Below, piece after piece: positions 26,276 to 36,165 of a DNA stretch of 54,608 nt (position 1 is its first letter; every line of letters begins with the position of its first letter). The translations under genes were made by a program, and so were the position numbers. Below the pieces are notes generated by a model. It was not told the origin of the DNA. It worked only from the letters and a program-made list of their open reading frames with translations, and made no database searches. The DNA comes from Fidelibacterota bacterium (GTDB lineage: Bacteria; Fidelibacterota; SORT01): NCBI GenBank assembly GCA_022567655.1, contig JADFGO010000001.1, forward strand, positions 1-54,608, written 5' to 3'.

Positions 26276-29200
26276 TCATATTACCGAATTATTCGGATTG
26301 GCACTGCTTCCTATTCTGCATATTTCAACAAAATCGCACGGTGTTTTGCAATCTTTAGGCTCAACCGGAAATTTACCTATGTTAATGTTTCTGACATATT
26401 CTCCCGCATACTCTTTCGTAACTTTAAAAGCATCGGCCCATGAAATTCCTTTATCTTTTCTCGCACTGTCATATATGTACGTTTGCGTCAGATTCTTTAA
26501 ACCGTAATACTGTCCCGACAGAGGCTTAGAATTATATCGGTTTAAAATCAACTTCCGGACTGCTTCCACATAGAGCGGTAACTGAAGGGCAATGCCGTTT
26601 AATATTTTTTCCCTGTTTGGAATCGAACTTCCCGATTTATAGTCGATGATCGAAAATTCGCTTTTATCGGCGTTCGCGTCAATTCTGTCTATCCTTCCTC
26701 TCAGATTTACTGGGAATTCTTCATCCTCCAACTGAAGAACCGCATCGGTGGAATACTCTGAATCCTCGTTTTTGACGTTCATGCCGAAACTTAATTCAAC
26801 CGCAAGAGGAGACATAGCTGAAGGCTGTTGTGAGTCTTCCTTTTCCAGAAAACTCAGGAGAGCGTTCATTGCCTCCTTCACCTCCAATTCCCATAGAATC
26901 GGAGCTATCCCCGGCTGTTCTAATTCTTTTTCTCCCGCGATCTCCGATATCAATTCAGACATTGTTATCTTTTTTTCTTCAATATCATCACTCAGTTCAC
27001 CTTTTATGGCGAGAGTGTAATACCTCTTCAAAACCTCATGATAGAACGAACCCCTGTCCAGCGGGGAGACGTCCTCTTCCAATTCATCGACTTTGCCGAG
27101 TTTCCAGATCTGTTCAACAAGATAAAAAAACGGGCATTTCCCGTATCGCTCCAGCTCTGTGGCGGACCATCTGTCTTTTTCAGATTGAATCCCGGCAAGA
27201 AGCTTCAGCGCCTGTGAGTCTTCAATAATACCCGAATATGAAGGTGAACGCACAGCTTGTCTCCGGGTCGCCTCGAACATATTTTCGAGTACTTGAACTT
27301 TCGATTTTTCAACAGCTACATCGCCTAAGTTATTCCATTCGGATTTACCTACGGATGTCAGCGCCCGTAATATCTCATCGTCGCTCACTGAAGGAAAAGA
27401 TGAGTCGTGAAATTTTCTTACTCCGCCGCTTTCAAGAGCGAGCTCTTCTCCGTCGGTGAGGCTGTCATAAACCCGCTCGGTTTCCCCGACAAAGATCGAT
27501 CGCGGCAGCTCGCGACCCTCAGAATCTACAGTAGGATAGCAGAGAAAAACCTGTTCGTCAGCTCTGCTGAGTGCGATATAGTAAAGTAATCTTTCTTCAT
27601 CCTGTATCGATTCGGTGTTTTTTTCCAGCATCGTGAACAGCTTGTCGTCAATTATCTTTCTGACGCGGTTGCTTATGATGCGGGTAGAATGCTTTTCCAC
27701 CGGGAATTCCTTTTCAGTCAAACCGCAAATGAAGACCGTGTTAAACCTTATCCAGCGGGCGCTCATGACGTCCATGACTTCGACTCCGCCGGGTTCAGCT
27801 TCATCGCCATGAATCTTCTTATTTTCTATTGCCATGTTCAGAAACCGTATGAACTCCGAATACTTCAAACTCTTCCCGGATAAATTATCAGCAACCTCAC
27901 CAATCAGAGTCCGCGCTTCCTCGAATATTTTTTTGTTTGTTATATTTCCTTTCGCGACTTCCTCCTCAAGCAGGGTCTCAATTCCTGAGAACTTTATCAG
28001 GTCATTAATGTAGGATCGATAGACTTCGGGTTTATTGAATCCGGTCTTCGGTGATATTCTGTTAAAGACAGCTTTGATTTGAGAAATTGCAGACCGAATA
28101 TTTTTTAATCCTGTGCCGGTCAGATGCCGGTCGGCTGACGCAATTTTCTGGTAATTTTCAAGTTTTTGAACGCAAAGAGCCCTGGAATCATTGGCGCCTG
28201 AAGCGCGCATAACTCTTTCTATCGCTTCTGCATCCACGATCTGCCCATCCAAAGATATCCTTGAATAATTAGAGCGGATAACAGTGCTGACATCTCTGCC
28301 GAAGTTATTTCCAGGATTTAGCGATATTAGTTTCATCAGGTAAATTACCGGAGGATACGAAGATAGTTTTCTCCCTTTTCGGATCGTAACAGGAATCCCG
28401 AATCTCGGGAATATGAGTCTGATCAACCCTTCATACTCGTTCGTTTTCCGGTATATTAATCCTATCTCGGAGGGTGAAAGATTCTCATCGATGATAAGCC
28501 GTTTGATGCGGCGCGCTAATTCTTCGACCAATTTTCTCTTACTCGATTCTTCTACAATTCTGAGCGGAATATCCTGCTTTTTGCCGGACGACTCGATCTC
28601 CGGTTCAAACACATTTTCCCGTATCAGCGCAATCGGTGAATTATCCCACTTCCCCAACTTAGAGGGTTTCTCTTTAAACCCCTCATAGAAGCTCTTCATC
28701 CTATCGGCAAACTTAAAAACCTTTTCTCTTCCATCATCATGAAGCCGGGTTAAAAGAACGTTTTTAACTCTACCGATCAACGTTTTAAATAACTCCTGCT
28801 GCAAGAGGGTATAATCATAGAACCCGTCGATGATAACCGCCTGAACATCTTTAAAAAGTTCCTCGTTTGACTCTAAAATATCGACCGCATTGCTCAGCCG
28901 GATGTCAAAATCACCATCGCCCGATTCCCGGCATCGATTCAAATAATCACCATAGATCAACCCGATCTCAGAAATTTTTTGCTTGAGCATCCCTTCAAAA
29001 CCGAGACCGATCAGGTCATCCGGCTTTAACCGTGAGTGCAAGAATTCACTAAAGAGCTTTTGAAGCTCTAAACTGAAACTATTCAGCTTCGCTGCCTCGC
29101 CGAAATAGCTTAGTTGATTTGAATCTGCCGCCTTCTCTATAATCTCTGAGATCATATGATTCAACATGTAGCCGGGGACTTCCCGATAATCCCTCCGACC

Positions 29201-29473
29201 GGACGCCTCTTCAATCACTGCGACCAATGAATTTAGCGTCATCACCGAGCTGCCGATATATCCGCCCGCACTTCCTGCGATAAGCTTTTTATAGCGTTGA
29301 ACGTAATCACCGCTCGGGAGAATTAGATAGAATCGTTCCCCGCTTCGCGCAAGCGCGTTTACATGTTTTAGTACCTGCTCGCTTTTACCGGTTCTCGAAG
29401 GTCCGGAGATAACCACCTTTCCATTGATGAACTCTTCAGAAACGAATCGTGAATTATCCGGCATTTTGATCAC
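26276..29473 (-). CDS. addB: AddB-type helicase-nuclease subunit (P-loop N-domain, C-terminal PD-(D/E)XK nuclease with Cys cluster)
   Basis: Walker A GPSRTGKS. C-terminal GRIDRID...IIDYKSG, flanked by CPFFY and CKTPCDFVEIC (4 Cys, AddB/Cas4-like pattern). Confidence 0.85.
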   Translation of the reverse strand: MIKMPDNSRFVSEEFINGKVVISGPSRTGKSEQVLKHVNALARSGERFYLILPSGDYVQRYKKLIAGSAGGYIGSSVMTLNSLVAVIEEASGRRDYREVPGYMLNHMISEIIEKAADSNQLSYFGEAAKLNSFSLELQKLFSEFLHSRLKPDDLIGLGFEGMLKQKISEIGLIYGDYLNRCRESGDGDFDIRLSNAVDILESNEELFKDVQAVIIDGFYDYTLLQQELFKTLIGRVKNVLLTRLHDDGREKVFKFADRMKSFYEGFKEKPSKLGKWDNSPIALIRENVFEPEIESSGKKQDIPLRIVEESSKRKLVEELARRIKRLIIDENLSPSEIGLIYRKTNEYEGLIRLIFPRFGIPVTIRKGRKLSSYPPVIYLMKLISLNPGNNFGRDVSTVIRSNYSRISLDGQIVDAEAIERVMRASGANDSRALCVQKLENYQKIASADRHLTGTGLKNIRSAISQIKAVFNRISPKTGFNKPEVYRSYINDLIKFSGIETLLEEEVAKGNITNKKIFEEARTLIGEVADNLSGKSLKYSEFIRFLNMAIENKKIHGDEAEPGGVEVMDVMSARWIRFNTVFICGLTEKEFPVEKHSTRIISNRVRKIIDDKLFTMLEKNTESIQDEERLLYYIALSRADEQVFLCYPTVDSEGRELPRSIFVGETERVYDSLTDGEELALESGGVRKFHDSSFPSVSDDEILRALTSVGKSEWNNLGDVAVEKSKVQVLENMFEATRRQAVRSPSYSGIIEDSQALKLLAGIQSEKDRWSATELERYGKCPFFYLVEQIWKLGKVDELEEDVSPLDRGSFYHEVLKRYYTLAIKGELSDDIEEKKITMSELISEIAGEKELEQPGIAPILWELEVKEAMNALLSFLEKEDSQQPSAMSPLAVELSFGMNVKNEDSEYSTDAVLQLEDEEFPVNLRGRIDRIDANADKSEFSIIDYKSGSSIPNREKILNGIALQLPLYVEAVRKLILNRYNSKPLSGQYYGLKNLTQTYIYDSARKDKGISWADAFKVTKEYAGEYVRNINIGKFPVEPKDCKTPCDFVEICRIGSSANPNNSVI

Positions 29474-29573
29474 AAAGCAATATTCTTATTAATACCTGAA
29501 TTTTAATTTCTTCAGTTAGGCGGCACATCCGGTATTAAATATATCTTTTTTTACACTTGAATCAATCGATATC

Positions 29574-29604
29574 AAAATAAAAATGCCGCAGAAAAAAGCG
29601 GCAT
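29574..29604 (-). terminator. Rho-independent terminator ending the MoxR-to-DUF4340 operon
   Basis: Minus strand reads atgccgc-ttttttct-gcggcat followed by TTTTTATTTT. Confidence 0.75.
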
Positions 29605-29640
29605 ACGGATCGACAATCAGTATAGGCGTTACTCCATCTC

Positions 29641-30996
29641 TTATTCAGCCTCAATTTTGAAATACTCCGCCGATACCTTCAATTCTTCGAGCGCATCGTT
29701 CTTGATCCTGTAAATCGGCGGAGATGCTCCCGATTTCAGATATGATTCATCGTTAACGGTGTTTCCGACGAGAATTGAATTTGCTTCGACGTCATCCTGC
29801 CATAATATGATAGATAGTCTGGGTGAAATCAAACCGTAGAGTTGTAATATCTTAGGATCATACTCCTCGACACCGCTTGCCTTCAGAGCCGAATACTTCT
29901 CCATCATCTCCTCGACCTTATCATTGTCAGCGGTGAAAATTTCAGGAGACGTTACGCTCCAGACGCTGTCGTCTTTTACAAGTCTTATCTCTTCACTTCC
30001 ATGCTTAATATCTATTGCATTCACCGATTCCTTATCAAATTTTAACAGGTCCTTGACGATTAGGTCGAAGGGGTCTTTTTCAAGAAAACCGGCAAGGCTT
30101 GAATCTATCAGCATAAGAGTCTGCCGGGAATTATCTCTGACATACCTGTACGGCTTACCATCTTCTCTCAGTGAATTCCCGATAACTATACTCACCTCCC
30201 CTTGAGGTACGGACGAAACCAGTCTGATATGAGTTCCTCTGTCGTTGAGTCCCGTGACCCCGGGACCGGGTTGATCATGGTCTATGAATTTGCGGGCTCG
30301 AGCCCCGGACAGTCTTGAAAGAAAAGAATTCACTTTGTTCGACTGGAGGTCCAGCGCAACGGGCTCAACCATCATAAAACCGCTTCCGAGTCTTCCGATC
30401 TCGTAGCTGAATCCTTCAGTTTTTACGGATATTCTTTGAACTTCCTTATTCTTGAACTCCAAAACATTTTTCTTCCGCAGGTCATACAATTTTTTGTTTG
30501 TTTGTGCAAATATACTTTTTGAGACAGTGAAGACCTGATTATCCTCCAATCGGTACGCAAAGACATAATCGCCGGTGGGGCTTTCCTCTCCGAGGGAAAA
30601 ACCGATGAACGTGCTGTCGGAAATCCGGAGTTTTAGGGAAATTAGCGGCGGCTCCAACCCGTAAACTTGAAGATTTATATCATCCTCACCGGAAAGCCGC
30701 CTCTCTGTTTTTGCTCCTTTCGCCGCGCGGAGCAAACTGTTTATTGTCGATCCATCCGCTTTTGCACTCACGGGAGAATCGATAAACCAACCGTCTCCGG
30801 ATCTTGACAGCGAATACTCACCATGCTCCGAGATCAGGTCGATATTCTCCACATTTTCTGTTTCGAACTGAATTAACCTGGTTGCGAGCGCTTCTTCCGC
30901 TTTCTTTTCCTCTGCCGGTTTGTAATCGAGAAGATAAACCGCTAATGCAGCGATAAGTAAAATCCCGGCGAACAGCCAGGTAGATTTGAACTTCAT
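29641..30996 (-). CDS. DUF4340 domain protein (accessory to GldG-type ABC systems)
   Basis: 451 aa. N-terminal TM anchor and repeated beta-rich modules (GDGWFIDSPVSAKADGSTINSLL). The ATG directly follows the GldG-like stop (TAGATG). Confidence 0.8.
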   Translation of the reverse strand: MKFKSTWLFAGILLIAALAVYLLDYKPAEEKKAEEALATRLIQFETENVENIDLISEHGEYSLSRSGDGWFIDSPVSAKADGSTINSLLRAAKGAKTERRLSGEDDINLQVYGLEPPLISLKLRISDSTFIGFSLGEESPTGDYVFAYRLEDNQVFTVSKSIFAQTNKKLYDLRKKNVLEFKNKEVQRISVKTEGFSYEIGRLGSGFMMVEPVALDLQSNKVNSFLSRLSGARARKFIDHDQPGPGVTGLNDRGTHIRLVSSVPQGEVSIVIGNSLREDGKPYRYVRDNSRQTLMLIDSSLAGFLEKDPFDLIVKDLLKFDKESVNAIDIKHGSEEIRLVKDDSVWSVTSPEIFTADNDKVEEMMEKYSALKASGVEEYDPKILQLYGLISPRLSIILWQDDVEANSILVGNTVNDESYLKSGASPPIYRIKNDALEELKVSAEYFKIEAE

Positions 30997-32553
30997 CTAA
31001 TATTTCCTGCGCTTGAAGTACACTCCGATTCCGAACCCGAGAATAGAAACCGGCAGCATAACCACCAGAAGCCAGAACACTACCTTAGTTTGCTTGAGCG
31101 TCATGCTGACCCGCCTGTCTTCGGGGTCCCTCGGCCGAATAGAGATCAGTGATTCGTCTTCGAGCAGCCACGAGACCATGTTAAGAAAAAGGTCTTTGTT
31201 CCCCGGCGCGCGTTCGAGATATGAATTCGACGGAAAATCGGAATCACCGACAACGATAATCCGACCACCCTCTCTGCCCTCTTTGACTTTTCCTACCACA
31301 GCCAACACTACCGGTCCGGGATTGTCCCTGTTTTCGTCAAAACCCGCCTGGTTCTTGTCGAGCAGCGCAAAGTCTGTTTCTCCCCATGAACTGCCGCTCG
31401 TAAGAACCAGTTCCGTTAAGTCGTAGTCTCCGGATTCGCTGTTTTCCTGAACTTGCAGCGACCGGGCGGTCGGGAATGCGCTCGCTAACCTGAAATCTTC
31501 CGTTATTCTATGCTGACCGTATCCGGCGGCGGTCGGTTCGAGCGATACACGCATATTCCTTTTCAATCCTCCTCCGGATATAATAAATGAGGCGCTCTGC
31601 TCAAGGACGATATCATTTTGAAGGGTCACGCCTATATCAGAGAGGAGTTCGTCTATCCCCGAATCTTCAACTCTCGGTTCAAACATGAGCATTAAGCTGC
31701 CGCCGCCGGACAGATACTCCCTAAGCGCTCCCACTTCGCGCGGTAGGAGACTTTTTTCCGCACCCGCAATCAGCACGAGCGAAGCATCTTCCGGAACCGA
31801 ATCCTGCTGAAACAGATGCAGAGTCTCGGTCTGATAATTCACCTTGTTCAGCTCACCCGTTATCAGAGAGAGTGATTCCCTGTTCTCCACCGAGAGCTCA
31901 AAACTTTTTTCGCCATGACCCGATAAGAAGTATATTTTATGGGCTTTATCGCTGATCAGTTTAATGAGCCCGTTAGTCAACTTCTCTTCATTGACGTCTT
32001 GAATCCTCTCTTCTCTGCCGCCCGATTGAATTACCAATTCGCCGTATTTTTTTATACCGAATTTTTTCGCTATATCCGGATTTTTATCCGGGTCCATCAC
32101 ATCGTATATGAATTTACCCGAGTGATGCGAATACTCCTCTAACAGGTCCCTAATTCGCCCTGACTGCATCTCTGATTGGAACGCTGTTACTTTGACTTCT
32201 TTTTCAAGCCCCCTAAGCACACTTATTGTCTGCTTCGCAAGACTGTATTGACCGGATGAGGTAGTATCAACTCTCCAGCTGTGTCTTTTTAAACTGAAAT
32301 TCCCCAGCGCAAGTATTCCGAGAATAATCAGGCTGAGCATAATCGCATTCGCTCCGTATTTTGTGGAACGTTTGCCGATGAATGACATAACGTTTCTTCG
32401 GTTCAGTACGATATTCAAAAATAACAGACCGCCGCCCGCCGAAGTGAACACTATTCCGGCAGTAGTCCATATATTATTCACAACATAAAGGAACAAACCC
32501 GTGAGAAGAGAGAGAGAAGCGCCGTAAATAATATATTTAGAATAATTTCCCAA
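30997..32553 (-). CDS. GldG-like ABC transporter auxiliary component
   Basis: 518 aa. N-terminal TM helices, a large exoplasmic domain and a C-terminal TM helix (VVFWLLVVMLPVSILGFGIGVYF). TTG start with GGAGG upstream. Confidence 0.85.
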   Translation of the reverse strand: MGNYSKYIIYGASLSLLTGLFLYVVNNIWTTAGIVFTSAGGGLLFLNIVLNRRNVMSFIGKRSTKYGANAIMLSLIILGILALGNFSLKRHSWRVDTTSSGQYSLAKQTISVLRGLEKEVKVTAFQSEMQSGRIRDLLEEYSHHSGKFIYDVMDPDKNPDIAKKFGIKKYGELVIQSGGREERIQDVNEEKLTNGLIKLISDKAHKIYFLSGHGEKSFELSVENRESLSLITGELNKVNYQTETLHLFQQDSVPEDASLVLIAGAEKSLLPREVGALREYLSGGGSLMLMFEPRVEDSGIDELLSDIGVTLQNDIVLEQSASFIISGGGLKRNMRVSLEPTAAGYGQHRITEDFRLASAFPTARSLQVQENSESGDYDLTELVLTSGSSWGETDFALLDKNQAGFDENRDNPGPVVLAVVGKVKEGREGGRIIVVGDSDFPSNSYLERAPGNKDLFLNMVSWLLEDESLISIRPRDPEDRRVSMTLKQTKVVFWLLVVMLPVSILGFGIGVYFKRRKY

Positions 32554-32556
32554 CTC

Positions 32557-33339
32557 TTATCCCCTCCACTTAGCCGATTCTACCGCCTGATATGTCAGGA
32601 AGAGACTGAAAAATCCGAATGACACATAAAATGCAATGTCAGAACTGTCTATGACTCCTTTTGCAAAATCCTGAAAATGTTCCATCACCGACATATACCG
32701 CAGCACTTCCCCGAATGGCGGACCCACAAAATTAGCCGCCCATCCCACGAACCATAAGATCATCATAGCTCCGAAACAACCGACTGCGGCGATTATCTGA
32801 TTTTCTGTCAGCGAGGAGATGAACGTACCGACGGCTATAGTAAACGCTCCCATAAACGCCAGACCTATGTAGCCCGCTACGATAGGCATCAACTCGGGAT
32901 TTCCGTAGATGAACAGCACCGAAATATAACTTGTCGTACCGAATATCATCGCCAGATAAACTGTCAGCGCCGCAAAGAACTTACCGATTATTATCTCCCA
33001 ATTCGTAATAGGAGAGGTAAGGAGCAGCTCGATAGTCCCTGTCCTTTTCTCATCCGAAAAGAGCTTCATTGTTATCATCGGAAGCATGAACAGCGTAATC
33101 ACGCTCATGTTGAGGAAGAGGGAGCGCACGACCATCTGATTGACGTTCATCGCCGGAACCTGCATCCTGAACTGCTGTGCCTGCATCATCATTCTCATGC
33201 TCATTTCTATGAAACTCTGAAGAAGCAAATAGAAGAATATTCCGCTGATCGTCAGGAAAAGGGCGATGACTACATAAGCGATCGGCGAGACAAAATAAGA
33301 GCGAAGCTCCCTCATGTAGATATGATATGCGTTTCTCAC
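32557..33339 (-). CDS. ABC-2 type permease (GldF-like)
   Basis: 260 aa with six predicted TM helices. GTG start overlaps the ATPase stop (GTGA). Confidence 0.85.
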   Translation of the reverse strand: MRNAYHIYMRELRSYFVSPIAYVVIALFLTISGIFFYLLLQSFIEMSMRMMMQAQQFRMQVPAMNVNQMVVRSLFLNMSVITLFMLPMITMKLFSDEKRTGTIELLLTSPITNWEIIIGKFFAALTVYLAMIFGTTSYISVLFIYGNPELMPIVAGYIGLAFMGAFTIAVGTFISSLTENQIIAAVGCFGAMMILWFVGWAANFVGPPFGEVLRYMSVMEHFQDFAKGVIDSSDIAFYVSFGFFSLFLTYQAVESAKWRG

Positions 33340-34277
33340 GCCTCTCCCTCCTCGTCGGTCGTCAGCTGGAGGAAAATTTCCTCTAAACTCAACCCGACCG
33401 ACTTCATCTCAAGCAAGTCCCACCCGTTGTTCACAACCGAGGCTGCCAACGCAGCACGCACCTCAGAATTTCTTTCAATTTCCAAAGTATATACAGTACT
33501 ATCTTCCTTTTCGCTGCTTTTCAGACTTGTAACTCCTCCGACTTCGCTCAACGCTTTGGAGATTTTTTCGGATGGTCCCATTATCTGTAATTCGAGTTTT
33601 TCGTGACCCTGTAATCCTCCCACAAGGTTTTCCGGTGTATCTTCCGCTACTATTTTACCCTTGTGGATAATTATTACCCTGCCGCATGTGGCGCTTACTT
33701 CCGGTAGGATATGAGTAGACAATATAATGGTGTGGTCCTGACCGAGTTCGGTGATGAGCTCTCTCACTTCGATGATCTGCTTCGGATCCAAACCCACAGT
33801 CGGTTCATCGAGGACTAATACTTCAGGATCATGTATCAGCGCCTGCGCCAAACCGACCCTTTGCTTATATCCCTTTGACAATTTAGCTATCAGGCGCTTC
33901 CTGACTTCTATAGTACTCGTTCTTTCGAGTACCTCTTCCTGCCTTAATTTTAGCTCCTTACCGCTCAGCCCTTTTATCTTACCGACAAACGACAGGTAGC
34001 CGTCCACCGTCATCTCAGAATAGAGCGGAGGATGTTCGGGAAGGTATCCGACCCGTTTTTTCACGCTCATTGGATTATCAAATACATCGAACCCTCCGAC
34101 CGATACAGAACCTTCGGTTGCGGGCATATAACAGGTGAGTATGCGCATAATAGTCGTTTTACCGGCGGCGTTGGGCCCCAGAAACCCGACTACCTCTCCC
34201 TTGTCTATGAAGAACGATACGTTTTTTACAGCTTCGAACGAACCGTAACTCTTTGACAAATTTTTAACGTCTATCAA
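33336..34277 (-). CDS. ABC transporter ATP-binding protein (GldA-like)
   Basis: Walker A GPNAAGKTT, signature LSKGYKQR, Walker B LVLDEPT. TTG start overlaps the upstream stop (TTGA). Confidence 0.95.
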   Translation of the reverse strand: MIDVKNLSKSYGSFEAVKNVSFFIDKGEVVGFLGPNAAGKTTIMRILTCYMPATEGSVSVGGFDVFDNPMSVKKRVGYLPEHPPLYSEMTVDGYLSFVGKIKGLSGKELKLRQEEVLERTSTIEVRKRLIAKLSKGYKQRVGLAQALIHDPEVLVLDEPTVGLDPKQIIEVRELITELGQDHTIILSTHILPEVSATCGRVIIIHKGKIVAEDTPENLVGGLQGHEKLELQIMGPSEKISKALSEVGGVTSLKSSEKEDSTVYTLEIERNSEVRAALAASVVNNGWDLLEMKSVGLSLEEIFLQLTTDEEGEA

Positions 34278-35260
34278 GTTTCTTCCTCCCCTTCCGAAAC
34301 ACTAATCGGTTTTTGACCCGATTTGTTCACTACCGGAACGATCTTTGTCTTATCGACCATTGTGACAGTATCGGAAATCAATCTGTCACCGACAGATTTA
34401 TTCGGAATAAAGCGCGCAAACTTCACGAGATCGCTTTCACTAAGCACTTCTTTTACACCGTCGCCTATCTTTTCGTATAACCCTGCCCTCTCGATAGCGT
34501 CTAACACTTCCGTAGTAGTCATTTCAAGCGCTTTTAGAAAATACCGGTTTTCGATATATTCTCTCAAAATCTTGGATAATGCGGTGTAATATCGGTCGAC
34601 CTGATTATTTTCAATGAGTCTTTTCTCTTTTAATATACGTAAAGATTCGAGCGCTATTTCGTGAGCGGGTCTGATATCTTTTTTCTTCTTGAAGGGAACG
34701 ATCGGTTTATCACTCCTTTTCCGCCAAAAATAATACACAATCAGCGCTACTGTAAGAAGTGCTAACAGAAGAATTACGAGCCACCACCGGTCGAACGGCT
34801 GCGGAATTTCAATCGGCTCCTTAATATCTCTTATATCCGAAGCGTCTGCTGTGAGGAGCGACTGAACATAAATCCAAACGGTGTCCGTCTGCGTGTTCTT
34901 CCGATCGGTCGCATCCAGTTCATGCCAATAAACTATTTTTTGTGAAGGAATGACGATCCTGCCTGTATCAAAGACGAACGTCTCAAATGAATGAATCTCA
35001 GCCGTCATACCGCCCTCGATTCGTTCTCTCGTAATCCGCGGATCGCCGACCTCCATGGGAAGCAACGCTACTTTTAAGTCGGGGATTTGAAACTGATATC
35101 CGTCGGCGAATTTTAGCTCGAGCTTTAATTGCAGGAGGTCGCCGACCTTTGAAGTTTCCGGTGTCAGGAATAGATCAGCCTGAACTTCCTGTGAATAACC
35201 CCTGTTTTCCGACGATAGAATAAACAGTGCGAGTGATATCGAAATCAGAGAATATCTCAT
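34274..35260 (-). CDS. BatD/DUF4381-like membrane protein (exoplasmic beta domain, TM helix, cytoplasmic helical domain)
   Basis: Signal peptide, central TM helix WWLVILLLALLTVALIVYYFW, then RPAHEIALESLRILKEK...YYTALSKILREYIENRY. The ATG overlaps the DUF58 stop (ATGA). Confidence 0.6.
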   Translation of the reverse strand: MRYSLISISLALFILSSENRGYSQEVQADLFLTPETSKVGDLLQLKLELKFADGYQFQIPDLKVALLPMEVGDPRITRERIEGGMTAEIHSFETFVFDTGRIVIPSQKIVYWHELDATDRKNTQTDTVWIYVQSLLTADASDIRDIKEPIEIPQPFDRWWLVILLLALLTVALIVYYFWRKRSDKPIVPFKKKKDIRPAHEIALESLRILKEKRLIENNQVDRYYTALSKILREYIENRYFLKALEMTTTEVLDAIERAGLYEKIGDGVKEVLSESDLVKFARFIPNKSVGDRLISDTVTMVDKTKIVPVVNKSGQKPISVSEGEEET

Positions 35261-36135
35261 CGAATCCTTTTGGCTCTCTCCCGGAAAAATCTATATAACG
35301 GTTCCACATATGACTCGCCAGTCATTATTGTGATATAATCCATGTTGATCTTCTTGAACATTCTTTCCAAACCTTCATTCCTTGCTTTTCTCATTGCGGC
35401 GTAGGAATTTCTGACTTTGGCGTTTGAAGTGTCCACTACAACGTTTTCACCCGTTTCAGCATCGACCAGAGACATCAGCCCCACATCGGGAAGATTCTCT
35501 TCGAGTCGGTCGGTCATCTTTATCGCTATCGTGTCATGTTTAGACGAAGTAACCCTCAGCTGTTTTTCATATCCCTCATCCATAAAATCAGACAGTATGA
35601 AAACAACGGAATGCCTCTTCAAAACTCTTAAGAGATAATCGAGAGCCGATTTCATATCCGTCCCCTTATTCTGGGGCTCATGATATACGATTTCCCTTAA
35701 AACCCTCAAAACGTGCTGCTTTCCCTTCCGGGGCGGAATAAATTTCTCCACCCTGTCGGTAAAGACCAGGAGTCCGACCTTGTCGTTATTTTTCATTGCG
35801 GAGAAGGCGAGCAGAGCGCAAATTTCGATAGCGACTTCATCCTTCATCCGGTGCCGGCTTCCGAAAGTTCCCGACCTGCTCATATCGACAACAAGCATTA
35901 CCGAGAGCTCGCGCTCTTCACTGAAGATCTTGACAAAGGGAGTACCGGCCCGCGCCGTAACGTTCCAATCGATATTGCGAATATCATCTCCGTGTATATA
36001 TTCACGAACCTCGGCGAATTCCATCCCGCGTCCCTTAAACACCGTGTGATACTCACCGCTGAATATTTCGTTCACAAGACCTTTTGTCCCGATCTCTATC
36101 CGGCGAATGTTCTCGAGTACTTCTTTAGGCAGCAT
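35257..36135 (-). CDS. DUF58 (vWA-fold) protein, MoxR partner
   Basis: 292 aa. REYIHGDDIRNIDW motif and the MLVVDMSRSG MIDAS-like segment. Confidence 0.85.
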   Translation of the reverse strand: MLPKEVLENIRRIEIGTKGLVNEIFSGEYHTVFKGRGMEFAEVREYIHGDDIRNIDWNVTARAGTPFVKIFSEERELSVMLVVDMSRSGTFGSRHRMKDEVAIEICALLAFSAMKNNDKVGLLVFTDRVEKFIPPRKGKQHVLRVLREIVYHEPQNKGTDMKSALDYLLRVLKRHSVVFILSDFMDEGYEKQLRVTSSKHDTIAIKMTDRLEENLPDVGLMSLVDAETGENVVVDTSNAKVRNSYAAMRKARNEGLERMFKKINMDYITIMTGESYVEPLYRFFRERAKRIR

Positions 36136-36165
36136 TTTTGATTTGAAAAACTATTTTATGAAAAA

